A stretch of 64,000 nucleotides of DNA from Fibrobacteria bacterium (GTDB lineage Bacteria; Fibrobacterota; Fibrobacteria; UBA11236; JADFYW01). The stretch lies in contig JADFYW010000004.1 in assembly GCA_015232855.1 (NCBI GenBank), positions 21,488 through 85,487 on the forward strand, in the 5' to 3' direction. Below the pieces are notes generated by a model. That model had not been told where the DNA came from, made no database searches, and saw nothing but the letters and a program-made list of their open reading frames with translations. Shown one piece after another: positions 45,335 to 54,731 of the stretch. A program made the translations under genes and the position numbers. Each line of letters begins with the position of its first letter. The stretch's first letter is position 1.

Positions 45335-46048
45335 TTAGAATACTTTCATGCCAGAAGTAATGGTTTGTACGTTCACCGGCACTGCAACCGATACTACCTG
45401 ATGCAGGCTGTTACTGCAGTGGGGACAGGTCATACCTGAGCCCGGAGGGATTTTTGAACTGGCAATTTTGTATCCGCAGTTGTAGCAGATTGAAAATGTC
45501 CCCTGTACGATTTCCGCCACATTGGCCTGGGCGTCAAAAGATGAACAGGATATGAGTTTTTTGCTGCCGGTGATGCCGTAATGCTGGGGTACGGTCATTT
45601 TATCAACCTTTACCATGGCTTCGGGGAACGACTGTATGGTTTGCAGCACCGTTCCTTTGATATCGGTATACATCTCAACATTGGAGGACTTGAAAATACG
45701 TGCCGGTTCAAAACCAAAATTATTTCCGCAGACCGCGTCTATATTTTTTTTAACCAGCATTTCACTAACCCGTAAACCCACCGCATGGGGCTGGTCCATG
45801 AATTTATTGGCAATGATTTTATAGGTGAGATTTGAACGGTCACAAACAAGGAAATAGGGTGCTCTTCCGAAAAGATAAGCTACCGGACTATTGATATCTG
45901 CTCCGGTGGAGGCTACCGCTACAAACCGGGCGTTATTTCCAGATAAAACGACCGGATGCCTTTTTTCATAGATAAAGCGAAACAGCAAAGCCGTTACCGC
46001 TAAAAGCAGTGTAATAACAAATATATTTTGTCCCGGTAGTTTCATCAT
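45335..46048 (-). CDS. Membrane-anchored NifB/NifX-domain protein with C-terminal CxxC...CxxC ribbon
   Basis: TM, VAVASTG...FGRAPYFL, IDAVCGNNFG, CYNC...CPHC. Confidence 0.8.
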   Translation of the reverse strand: MMKLPGQNIFVITLLLAVTALLFRFIYEKRHPVVLSGNNARFVAVASTGADINSPVAYLFGRAPYFLVCDRSNLTYKIIANKFMDQPHAVGLRVSEMLVKKNIDAVCGNNFGFEPARIFKSSNVEMYTDIKGTVLQTIQSFPEAMVKVDKMTVPQHYGITGSKKLISCSSFDAQANVAEIVQGTFSICYNCGYKIASSKIPPGSGMTCPHCSNSLHQVVSVAVPVNVQTITSGMKVF

Positions 46049-46058
46049 GCCATGCTAA

Positions 46059-46074
46059 AGCAAAGAACGTACCA
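46059..46074 (-). promoter_or_regulatory. Sigma54 -24/-12 promoter of the mam-like operon
   Basis: Minus strand TGGTACGTTCTTTGCT (GG-N10-GC). Confidence 0.7.
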
Positions 46075-46124
46075 GATTTTAAATAGCTGTGATTATTATA
46101 GTAATAAGGGAAATAATTAATAAG

Positions 46125-46174
46125 ATTGCAATAATGCAATTTAAGTGCGCGGAAAAAGATTGCTAAAATGCAAT
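46125..46174. promoter_or_regulatory. Paired putative enhancer (activator-binding) palindromes
   Basis: ATTGCA-ATAA-TGCAAT (46125-46140) and ATTGCT-AAAA-TGCAAT (46159-46174), about 80-125 bp upstream of the predicted start. Confidence 0.65.
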
Positions 46175-46608
46175 TTATTTGTTTTAAGTTTGCGATTGTC
46201 TTGTGAAAAGCACATTCAAACGGTTTCTTGTCTGGTAATTGAGAAAGTTGAAAGCCCTCTGTTTGGTTAATGAGAATAATGTGTTGTGATTGCGACTATA
46301 TTGTATGGGAAGTATCGTAGTTACATGGATAGTAATAGAAAACAATTGTGTGACAAGGTTATGTACCAAAATAGCCTTGGTTTTATCTCTCTAAGAAAAA
46401 GAAAATGTTAAAAAATGTCATTTTTATATTTTTAACTGGAACCCCCAATTCCCCAATCCAGCCCCCAATTTACTGGTGGATATCGCCAGGATATTACCCT
46501 CAATTGCCTGTGAAGATGCAGGTTAGAATTGTCAATTAGTGTCGTAAAACAAAAAAAAATATAGATTTTGCTTGTATTCATTACGATTAGTTGGGATAAT
46601 ACATTTGA

Positions 46609-46681
46609 TGACTACTGACTACTGACTACTGACTACTGACTACTGACTACTGACTACTGACTACTGACTACTGATTACTGA
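46609..46681. repeat. Heptamer tandem repeat (TGACTAC)x9 plus one degenerate unit
   Basis: Direct reading; ends about 12 bp before the ATG at 46693. Confidence 0.95.
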
Positions 46682-46692
46682 AAGTTGGAATT

Positions 46693-49053
46693 ATGCCCTC
46701 TGATCTGGAAAACATACTGGCAAGAGATGATGTGCCAGATAATGTAAAATGCGCAATTAAAGCAGAGTGTGAAAAAAGAGCGTTAACTGAAGCACAGCTT
46801 CAGGAAAAAACGCAGCTTTGTAATCAGATTATTACAACGCTACCATTTCCTTTTTATATCATTGATGTAGATACCTATGAAATTTTAGATACCAATGCAA
46901 TTACATCAGATGTCTTGGATATCAATACTGCCAAGCACTGTTATGAAGTTTCTCATAACCACAGCGAGCCCTGTTTGGGTGACAATCATCCCTGTCCAAT
47001 TGCCGAAGCAAAAAAGACTAAACAACAGGTAAGGGTCGAACATATTCATATCGATCAATATGGCAAAGAACACATTGTAGATGTTCATTGTTGTCCGATC
47101 ATAGATACCCGGGGTGATGTGTCCAGGGTTATAGAATATGCTATTGATCAAACAGAAAAAATATTAACACATAAACAGCTTAAGGAAATAGAATCAAAGT
47201 ACCTTGACTTATTTCTTTCCAGCACCGACGGTATTGTTATCGCGGATATTGAAACAAAAAAGATTGTGGATGTAAACCCTGCTATATGTGAGATGCTTGG
47301 TTATATCAGAAAAGAATTATTGGAACTGAGTATTAAGGATATTCATCCAAAAGATAAATGGGAGTATATAAAAAGTGAGTTTATGGCACAGGCAAAAGGA
47401 GCCAAGCGCCTTTCCTCAGAGATGCCGTGCCTTAAAAAGAACGGTGAAGTTTTTTATGCGGATGTGAATGCCCATAAACAAATCATCAATGGGAGAGGTT
47501 GTAACATTGGTATTTTTAGAGATGTTACCGAAAAAAGAAAAGCAAGAGCAAAAATCAATTTCCAGGCATCTCTTTTAGATCAGGTGCATAACGCAGTTAT
47601 TACTGTTGATTTGAATAATGTTATCCTTTCCTGGAACCATCATGCTGAAAGTTTATACTTATGGAAGAGTAGCGAAGCAGTAGGGCAAAATATTATTGAG
47701 TTACTTTGTCCTGAAGAAATGAAGGGTGTGGTCAAGGAAAATTTTGACCAGTTGAATAGAGATGGCCATTGGGAAGGCGCCTTTGATGTAAAAAGAAAAG
47801 ATGGTACTACTATTCCTGCCTATATTATTCAAACTTATCTGAAAGACCAGGATGGTGAAATTATTGGGATTATTGGTGTGAGTTATGATATCTCTGAAAG
47901 AAAGAAAAACGAACAGAAATTGATTAAAGCCAAAGAAAAGGCACAAGCGGCTGATAGACTTAAAACCGCTTTTCTGGCATCCATTTCCCATGAAATCAGG
48001 ACACCCTTAAACCATATATCAATGGGTACAGAGCTGATAAAGGATAGCATCGAGGAAAATCTAGATGAAGACCAGCAGGAAATTTTTGATGATATGAAGA
48101 CTTCAGAAGTAATGCTTTTGCGATTACTGGATGATATTGTAGACACTTCTATGATAAGTAGCGGATTACTTACCATAAAGCCTCGCGAATGTTCGCTTCA
48201 TGCTATACTGGAGCCTCTCTTTAATAATTTTTCCAATGTGATCAAGGCAGAAAAACCGGAACTTAGGCTTAACTATGTTAAAACAGATGATGTTTACCTG
48301 TATACTGATCCGGGTAGATTTGAACAAGTGATTTCTAATCTTCTTAATAACGCCTTTAAATTTTCTACTACGGGTGAAATCCGCTTTGGATATCAGCGGA
48401 TAAGTGGAAACCGGGTAGAAATGTATGTCGAAGATGAAGGTATTGGCATTGCCAAAGAACGTCAGCAGGAGATATTTAATAAGTTTACTCAGATTGATAA
48501 TGACCTGGAGCGCAAGTATGGTGGCATAGGGTTGGGGCTCACCATAGCCCAATCACTGGTAGAGATGCTTGGAGGGCAATTACAGGTAGAATCAGAATTA
48601 GGTAAAGGAACCCGGTTTTATTTTTCTTTAGCAGTAGCAGAAGAGTATTCCCCACAAAAACAAACATCGGAGGAAACGAATACTGTTGGGGCATCAAGTA
48701 AGTGTATTCTTATAGCTGAAGATGATATGATCAGTGAAAAAATGTTGGAAACTTATTTGGACTCCAAAGGCTTTCATGTATTGCATGCTGAAAACGGCGA
48801 AAAAGCGGTTGTGTTGGTTAAGGAACATAAAGTTGGTATGGTTTTTATGGATATTAACATGCCGGTGATGAATGGGGTGGAGGCTACGAGACTCATTAAA
48901 CAATTTGACAGTACTATTCCGATTGTGGCCATGACCAGCCTGGCTATGAAAGGTGATAAAGAAACCTTTATGGCGGCCGGGTGTGATGATTATATCGCTA
49001 AGCCAACCAAACTGGAAATAGTGATGGAGAAGGTTGGGAAGTATATGGGATAG
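46693..49053 (+). CDS. Multi-PAS hybrid sensor histidine kinase (PASx3-HisKA-HATPase-REC)
   Basis: FLASISHEIRTPLN, NLLNNAFKF, GIGLGL, REC AEDD...MDINMP. Confidence 0.9.
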   Translation: MPSDLENILARDDVPDNVKCAIKAECEKRALTEAQLQEKTQLCNQIITTLPFPFYIIDVDTYEILDTNAITSDVLDINTAKHCYEVSHNHSEPCLGDNHPCPIAEAKKTKQQVRVEHIHIDQYGKEHIVDVHCCPIIDTRGDVSRVIEYAIDQTEKILTHKQLKEIESKYLDLFLSSTDGIVIADIETKKIVDVNPAICEMLGYIRKELLELSIKDIHPKDKWEYIKSEFMAQAKGAKRLSSEMPCLKKNGEVFYADVNAHKQIINGRGCNIGIFRDVTEKRKARAKINFQASLLDQVHNAVITVDLNNVILSWNHHAESLYLWKSSEAVGQNIIELLCPEEMKGVVKENFDQLNRDGHWEGAFDVKRKDGTTIPAYIIQTYLKDQDGEIIGIIGVSYDISERKKNEQKLIKAKEKAQAADRLKTAFLASISHEIRTPLNHISMGTELIKDSIEENLDEDQQEIFDDMKTSEVMLLRLLDDIVDTSMISSGLLTIKPRECSLHAILEPLFNNFSNVIKAEKPELRLNYVKTDDVYLYTDPGRFEQVISNLLNNAFKFSTTGEIRFGYQRISGNRVEMYVEDEGIGIAKERQQEIFNKFTQIDNDLERKYGGIGLGLTIAQSLVEMLGGQLQVESELGKGTRFYFSLAVAEEYSPQKQTSEETNTVGASSKCILIAEDDMISEKMLETYLDSKGFHVLHAENGEKAVVLVKEHKVGMVFMDINMPVMNGVEATRLIKQFDSTIPIVAMTSLAMKGDKETFMAAGCDDYIAKPTKLEIVMEKVGKYMG

Positions 49054-49210
49054 TCCTCAGTTTGTTCTTCTCATGCTCTTTTTAATTATTTTCGTACAAA
49101 AGAGTCTTTTTTAATCAAAAACCAAACAAGTCATTAATGTTTACCTTATACTAAGCTTTGTTTTTCTTATTTTAACAGTTGATTTTTCGAGAAAAAAGAG
49201 GTATTCTATA

Positions 49211-49241
49211 AATATAGATCTGATCGGATCCGATCTATATT
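49211..49241. promoter_or_regulatory. Putative TA operator palindrome
   Basis: aatatagatc-N11-gatctatatt immediately upstream of the antitoxin RBS. Confidence 0.55.
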
Positions 49242-49256
49242 AAAGAGGAGGCTTTT

Positions 49257-49493
49257 ATGGTTTTTATAAACATTTCAGAGGCAAAAGCCAGTTTGTCGCG
49301 GCTGATAGAAATGGTAAGGAAGGGAGAAGATGTAATTATTGGCAAAGCGGGTAAACCGGTTGTAAAAATCATTCCATTTGACCAGGATACCCGGCAAAGA
49401 ACGGGCGGCCAATGGAAAGGTAAAATAAAAATTTCCGCTGACTTTGATGTATTGCCTGATGATATTATGAAAACATTTACCTTAGGTTCCTGA
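49257..49493 (+). CDS. Phd/YefM-family antitoxin
   Basis: NISEAKASLSRLIE..GEDVIIGKAGKPV. Confidence 0.9.
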   Translation: MVFINISEAKASLSRLIEMVRKGEDVIIGKAGKPVVKIIPFDQDTRQRTGGQWKGKIKISADFDVLPDDIMKTFTLGS

Positions 49494-49870
49494 TGAACCT
49501 TCTTCTGGATACCCATATATTGCTTTGGTGGCTTGATAACCCATCCCTTATAAAAAGAGACGCTGCAAATTTAATAACGGATGGAAAAAACGGTGTTTAT
49601 ATAAGTTCAGCTACTATTTGGGAAATTGTATTAAAAAAATCATTAGGCAAATTATGTATACCAGATAATTTAGAAGAGGTCATTACGAGTAACCGGTTTT
49701 TATACTTACCTATAGCTCCACATCATGCATTCAGGCTTGAGTGTCTTCCACACATCCACCGGGACCCTTTTGACCGTATCCTTATCGCTCAAGCACTTTG
49801 CGAAAAATATACCCTGGTAACAAGGGATAAGATAATCCCCCAATATGATCTTGATGTTATTGAAGGTTAG
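49493..49870 (+). CDS. vapC: VapC-family PIN-domain toxin
   Basis: LLLDTHILLWW, SATIWEI, HRDPFDRILIAQA, LVTRD; TGATG overlap. Confidence 0.9.
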   Translation: MNLLLDTHILLWWLDNPSLIKRDAANLITDGKNGVYISSATIWEIVLKKSLGKLCIPDNLEEVITSNRFLYLPIAPHHAFRLECLPHIHRDPFDRILIAQALCEKYTLVTRDKIIPQYDLDVIEG

Positions 49871-49909
49871 TATCTGTTCAAGACAACACCTTTCAACGAA
49901 GTGGCAGCC

Positions 49910-52393
49910 TTACCAATGATATACACATCCAAAAAACAAAAAGGGAAAGGGAAGGTTCAGGTCAAGTAATTTTAATTCTTGTGTTTTACTGTCGCGCAAA
50001 AAGTAATTGGGGCGGTTAAAGGCGTTCCAGACTTCAAAATAAGTCTCAATATGGTGCCCTGCAAATGACACTCCTTTGAATAGGCGAATATCAAAGCGGT
50101 TATAGGGGGCGTACCGGGCGCTGTTACGTGCTCCTATCATGATTAAATCACTACCTGTTCCTGCGTCATTTAAGGTGCCGTTGTATGGGGTATAGGCCTG
50201 GCCGGCGGCATAGCGGTATTTCAGGCTTAGGTTATAATGGTTGGGGAGTTCAATAATGTTTTCCCAGTTTATGTTCCAGGGGCGGTGGGATGCGTAAGGG
50301 TAGAATGTTTCTGATTGGTCCTGCCTTTTTGAAATACTGTAGTCGGCAGATACTCTGCCGGTCCAGTTGTCCATGAGACGGTAAAAGCAGGTGATTTCGG
50401 TTCCTCCAATAATTGCGGTACCCGTGTTCCCATAAGCAAGATTGTAATCACCAAATAATACCGTTGCCTTCTGTCTTGTTTCATCGTCCAGGGCATCTGG
50501 CGAAGGGTTAGACTCAAGAAGGGTTCTGATTGCTTCAATTTCTTCTTCCGGGATGCCTGTATTAGGAGTTGGCAACAGGAGGCTGCTGAGATTTATGTTC
50601 CCATTGGGAACAAGCCGGGAGGATATTAAATCATAATTGTATTTACCGTAATTGCTCCAGCCAAATTCCCAGTTTTCTCCGGCCTTGAATTGCCATGAGA
50701 GGGAGGTGTAGAGAGATTTTTCGGCAAGCAGATTTGGGTTAGCGTTATTTTGATAGAATGTTGGATTATCTCGCAGGTATTGACCGAGACTTAAGTAAAA
50801 CAAATTCTTACTATTGAGTTGGTAGGTAATCTTTGCCCGTGGTTCCGGTTGAAATTCATGGTTTGACAGGTTGTAACCACTGCGCAAACCAGTGAGTAAA
50901 GAAACGGAAGGTGATAGTTCCCATTCATCAGAAACAAAGATGGCTAATTTTTGGTTGAGATGCTCTCCTTCGTGGTCAAAGCGGAGTCGGCGGGTGTATT
51001 CTCCCAGGTAGGCCATAGCAGATTGAGAGGGGTCTTCTTTTTCAATCTGGAAACCTTCACCGGCAAAGTATCCAAGTCCTGAGAGCATATTAATATTATT
51101 GTTAGCAATCATCTCATACAAGGGGAGGGGAAGACTGGTGTTGTAGGCCATATGATGCCGACTATAGGCTAATCCGAAGGTTAAGAGCCGGGAGCCGAAA
51201 CCCGAGTAGACTGCTTTTTGTTTAATATCCAGAACTTCCTGTGAAAAATCCAGATTAAAACTGCTTGCGTCAAGGCCGGTATACCAGTTTGCATCTTGTT
51301 CTTCAGGTGAAAGAGAGAGTGATTTAAGATCCTCTCCATTGGCAAAAGCAACATCCCAGCTCTGCCATTGCATTCCAAAAGCAGTCTCAATCCACCAGTC
51401 TTCAGACAGGGTAAAAGGGATATTGATAATATGTACCTGGTTGTTGAGGTGTACCAGAGAAAGACTGTCGAGGCCGATGGACTCTGCCTGACGAAAGCTC
51501 TCTGCCGGGAATACATTTACCTGGGGCGCAAAGGGAATGGCCCGTTCCCGGATGATGTTTTGCTCTTCGGGGATGGTAATATTGTAAAAATCTTTTGATG
51601 AGATTCCCGTGTAATAGACGGACAGTTGAGTATTTACTTTCAATTCGGCACCATATTGAAAATCACTGAAATTGGGTAGATTCACATACTTTTTATATTC
51701 ATTCATTTCTACTTCATAAGCACTGTCTCCGGCGATATTATTTAATAATTGTTTTACGGTATAGTCATACCAGAGGTCCTGATAGGCAATATGGACCGCA
51801 AGGGTATTTTTAAAAATCGGGGCTTCAAGGTACCCGGTTCCTTTCAGGAGGGAAACATTCGCAAGAACATACATAGAATCGGGAGAGGGTCTGCGGGAGT
51901 TTATATATAAAGCTCCTGACAGCACATCTCCGCCTTCGGTGGGAAATGCACTGTTGTAAAACCGCATATCCTCAATGGACTCGGTGTTTAAAATTGAAAA
52001 AATACTGCCGAAATGATAGGGGTAGAGCAGGGGAATACCATCAAGAAAGACCTGGTGCTCTTCACTCCCGCCGCCCCTTACCTGGGGTCTGGCATTAAAA
52101 TCATTTTGGATGGAAACTCCGGGTAACGCGTTCATCGCCCGGATAGGGTCTCCCATGGAAGCGGGCAGATTTTTTATAGTTTCTCTGGTCATTCTTTGTG
52201 ACCCGTCATGGAGTCTCCCTTCTACACGACGGGTTTTGGAGATAACTTTTTCAGGTAATTCGAGAATGAGCGAATCGGGAATGGAATACGACGTGGTGTC
52301 TGGGGGGATAGGGAAAGTGTAGGGCGATGGAATGAGAAATATTATGGTAAGAAACACTTTTATTGAGAAAAGCCCCCATGCCTTCCATTTCAA
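49910..52393 (-). CDS. TonB-dependent receptor
   Basis: Plug DPIRAMNALPGV...VRGG...LDGIP..PYHFG, EPR barrel motif, Y.RFDIR, VWNAFNRPN; probable TTG start 52393 (the longer ORF runs through an inverted repeat). Confidence 0.85.
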   Translation of the reverse strand: MKWKAWGLFSIKVFLTIIFLIPSPYTFPIPPDTTSYSIPDSLILELPEKVISKTRRVEGRLHDGSQRMTRETIKNLPASMGDPIRAMNALPGVSIQNDFNARPQVRGGGSEEHQVFLDGIPLLYPYHFGSIFSILNTESIEDMRFYNSAFPTEGGDVLSGALYINSRRPSPDSMYVLANVSLLKGTGYLEAPIFKNTLAVHIAYQDLWYDYTVKQLLNNIAGDSAYEVEMNEYKKYVNLPNFSDFQYGAELKVNTQLSVYYTGISSKDFYNITIPEEQNIIRERAIPFAPQVNVFPAESFRQAESIGLDSLSLVHLNNQVHIINIPFTLSEDWWIETAFGMQWQSWDVAFANGEDLKSLSLSPEEQDANWYTGLDASSFNLDFSQEVLDIKQKAVYSGFGSRLLTFGLAYSRHHMAYNTSLPLPLYEMIANNNINMLSGLGYFAGEGFQIEKEDPSQSAMAYLGEYTRRLRFDHEGEHLNQKLAIFVSDEWELSPSVSLLTGLRSGYNLSNHEFQPEPRAKITYQLNSKNLFYLSLGQYLRDNPTFYQNNANPNLLAEKSLYTSLSWQFKAGENWEFGWSNYGKYNYDLISSRLVPNGNINLSSLLLPTPNTGIPEEEIEAIRTLLESNPSPDALDDETRQKATVLFGDYNLAYGNTGTAIIGGTEITCFYRLMDNWTGRVSADYSISKRQDQSETFYPYASHRPWNINWENIIELPNHYNLSLKYRYAAGQAYTPYNGTLNDAGTGSDLIMIGARNSARYAPYNRFDIRLFKGVSFAGHHIETYFEVWNAFNRPNYFLRDSKTQELKLLDLNLPFPFLFFGCVYHW

Positions 52394-52421
52394 TGGTATG
52401 AGTTTTATTGATTTATAGTTC

Positions 52422-52541
52422 GAATATCGAACAAGGAACACCGATATTTGATTTAAGAAGTTTAAAAAGAAGATTAAGGCAAGGATGAGATGTTTTTTTC
52501 CACTTCTAAAATCGCTATTTGGTGTTCCTTGTTCGATATTC
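52422..52541. repeat. 40-bp imperfect inverted repeat element
   Basis: gaatatcgaacaaggaacacc... (52422-52461) versus ...ggtgttccttgttcgatattc (52502-52541), 21 bp perfect. Confidence 0.8.
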
Positions 52542-52575
52542 ATTTTTTTGATAACAGTTCTTTAGCTAATAATTA

Positions 52576-53250
52576 TTAAAAACGCCATGCCATACCTATG
52601 TTCACATTAAATTGTGGTTTCCATATGGTTTCATCGGTTTCCAGTCCTGCCGGGATTTCGGGGTAGGAAGTGATAAACTGTGGTATGACATAATCAGGGA
52701 AAAGAAAAATATCATAGACCCGGAAGTAAAGTCCAAGGCTTGATTGATAGACCATACGCTGCCGGTGGGTAAAGGGGCTATCGATATCTTCTTCAAATAC
52801 TTTGAAAAACTGGGTGGCAATATAGCTGGCCCGGAAATTTGCAAAGAGGATATGCATCCCAAGGAGGGTAGAGGCGCCATATTCCATAAACAGCGTATTA
52901 TCCGCCCACATACCGATACCCCAACCTGCGCTGAGGCTATGCCGGTACCAGGTTTCGTGACCTCCCGGCATGGCAAGTTTCATATCAAATTCCATGGTAC
53001 CCGGGTTTGTGGGGACTTCAAGGTGCAGACCGATATCTCCTCCCGGGAAGGGCCCCCATTTATCAAAAATACCCAGGCGGTAATCAAGGCTGGTTTTTAT
53101 CAAGTCTGACTGGTTATAGCGCTGGTGACCAAGCCCTAAAGTCACACGGGTTTTACCCGGGGATAGTGTTTTCCCGGTATTAAAATGATGGGTGGTGTAC
53201 AGGCAGGATGAAAAGATGATTGCTGGTGCCAATATCCAGAAAAACCGCAT
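52576..53250 (-). CDS. Putative outer-membrane lipoprotein/beta-barrel, unknown function
   Basis: Lipobox FSSC, C-terminal NIGMAWRF; RBS GAGG. Confidence 0.6.
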   Translation of the reverse strand: MRFFWILAPAIIFSSCLYTTHHFNTGKTLSPGKTRVTLGLGHQRYNQSDLIKTSLDYRLGIFDKWGPFPGGDIGLHLEVPTNPGTMEFDMKLAMPGGHETWYRHSLSAGWGIGMWADNTLFMEYGASTLLGMHILFANFRASYIATQFFKVFEEDIDSPFTHRQRMVYQSSLGLYFRVYDIFLFPDYVIPQFITSYPEIPAGLETDETIWKPQFNVNIGMAWRF

Positions 53251-53461
53251 ATTATCCTCGTTAATTGCGAAAAGTCATACCTAAATAGCGGGCCTGCCTC
53301 TATTCCAGTAAACTACTACATTCTGAAAAATTAGTGTCACAGTTGTGTAAAATCTATTTGTTTTGGCCAGAAGAAAATAATTGACTGATTACTTAGTTGA
53401 TGAAAATAACGGACTGGGGTATATTATTAGATATTCAAACTACTACCAACAGGGAAATTTT

Positions 53462-53998
53462 ATGAGCACAAACGATAAAATGGAGATTCCAGGCCTTTAT
53501 AAATTGATTCCTTTAACGAGTTTTCGTGAAACAGAAGGAGTGTCTTTTGATATCCTTTCACCGAAAAATTTTCCTGCAATTCATTCTATAGACCGGGTTA
53601 TTCACAAAAGCCGGGCAGTTTCACCGGGTAGAGTAGGGGATGTGGAAAAAGCCTGGTATTTGCACCAATCTCAGGACGACAATCTCATGGTAATGCACGG
53701 TGTAAGATATGTTGACCTGTATAATAAAGAATATGGAAAAGTCTTAAGTTTTAAAGTAACAGCAGATGAAATTATTTTGGATGGTGAGAAAATTAACACT
53801 GCTCCTGCCATGCTTACCTGGCCCAGAGGCGTGTTTCATAGAGTTATGAGTGGAGATGAAGGCTCAATTTCAATAAATCTTGCCACACATTATGATAACT
53901 TTGACATTAAAACTAATTTCAGTATTTATGATCTCAATGTAGAGACCGGTGAATATAAGGTGATTAGAAAGGGTGAGCTGGATCAGCACAATGTTTAA
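53462..53998 (+). CDS. Cupin-like hypothetical protein
   Basis: WYLHQSQDDNL...WPRGVFHRV cupin-like His pattern; start ATG 53462. Confidence 0.65.
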   Translation: MSTNDKMEIPGLYKLIPLTSFRETEGVSFDILSPKNFPAIHSIDRVIHKSRAVSPGRVGDVEKAWYLHQSQDDNLMVMHGVRYVDLYNKEYGKVLSFKVTADEIILDGEKINTAPAMLTWPRGVFHRVMSGDEGSISINLATHYDNFDIKTNFSIYDLNVETGEYKVIRKGELDQHNV

Positions 53999-54161
53999 GG
54001 GGAATCTTGTCCAAAGTAAATTCTAATTTTTAAATACACCGCCTTACCAGCATCCTGCTTTCGGCGGCACTCCCAACTTCCTGTTGGTCGTAAATTCTAA
54101 ATCCTAAAAAAATCATAACAGTTAGTAATTAAAAAGAATTATTGCATTACCAAAAGGTACA

Positions 54162-54731
54162 ATGAATATGAAAAAAGTAGTGGTTCTGTTAGCTGAAGGC
54201 TTTGAAGAAATTGAAACGGTAACCCCGGTTGATCTCTTAAGACGGGGTGGGATCCAGGTTGATATTGCCGCTGTTGGCAAAGATAAAATTATCTCTGGTG
54301 GGCAGAAAATAACTTTGCAGGCAGATATCTTTCTGAGTGAAGTTGAGTCATCGTCTTATGATTTATTGTTTATTCCCGGTGGTGGTCTGGGTGTACAGAA
54401 TCTTTTAGCTGATGAAGATGTTCCAACACTTATCCGCGACTTTAGTGCTGCCGGGAAATGGATAGCCTCTATCTGTGCAGGTCCAAAAGTACTGGTAAAT
54501 GCCGGTGTGCTTCAGGATAGTTGTATTACTTCTTATCCTACTGTTAAAAACGAGGTGTTATCCGGGATTAAATCTTACAGCGAAGACCGGGTTGTGGTGG
54601 ATGGAAATATTATCACCTCCCGGGGTGCTGGTTGCGCTGAAGCCTTTGGTTTGATGGTACTGGAAAAGCTTGTTGGCCCGGAAGAAGCCAGGCGAGTGGC
54701 TGAAGCTATTATTACCGGCCTGGTTTTGTAA
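54162..54731 (+). CDS. DJ-1/PfpI family protein (YajL/ThiJ-like)
   Basis: GFEEIE, IPGG, SICAGP, TSRGAG. Confidence 0.92.
   Translation: MNMKKVVVLLAEGFEEIETVTPVDLLRRGGIQVDIAAVGKDKIISGGQKITLQADIFLSEVESSSYDLLFIPGGGLGVQNLLADEDVPTLIRDFSAAGKWIASICAGPKVLVNAGVLQDSCITSYPTVKNEVLSGIKSYSEDRVVVDGNIITSRGAGCAEAFGLMVLEKLVGPEEARRVAEAIITGLVL

Noticed and set aside
40991..46048. Complete magnetosome island or proof of magnetotaxis
   Set aside because: No mamA, K, Q, I, L, O or protease-type mamE recognisable in the window; phenotype cannot be inferred
54038..54091. GC-rich intergenic segment as riboswitch
   Set aside because: No recognisable aptamer consensus; single copy
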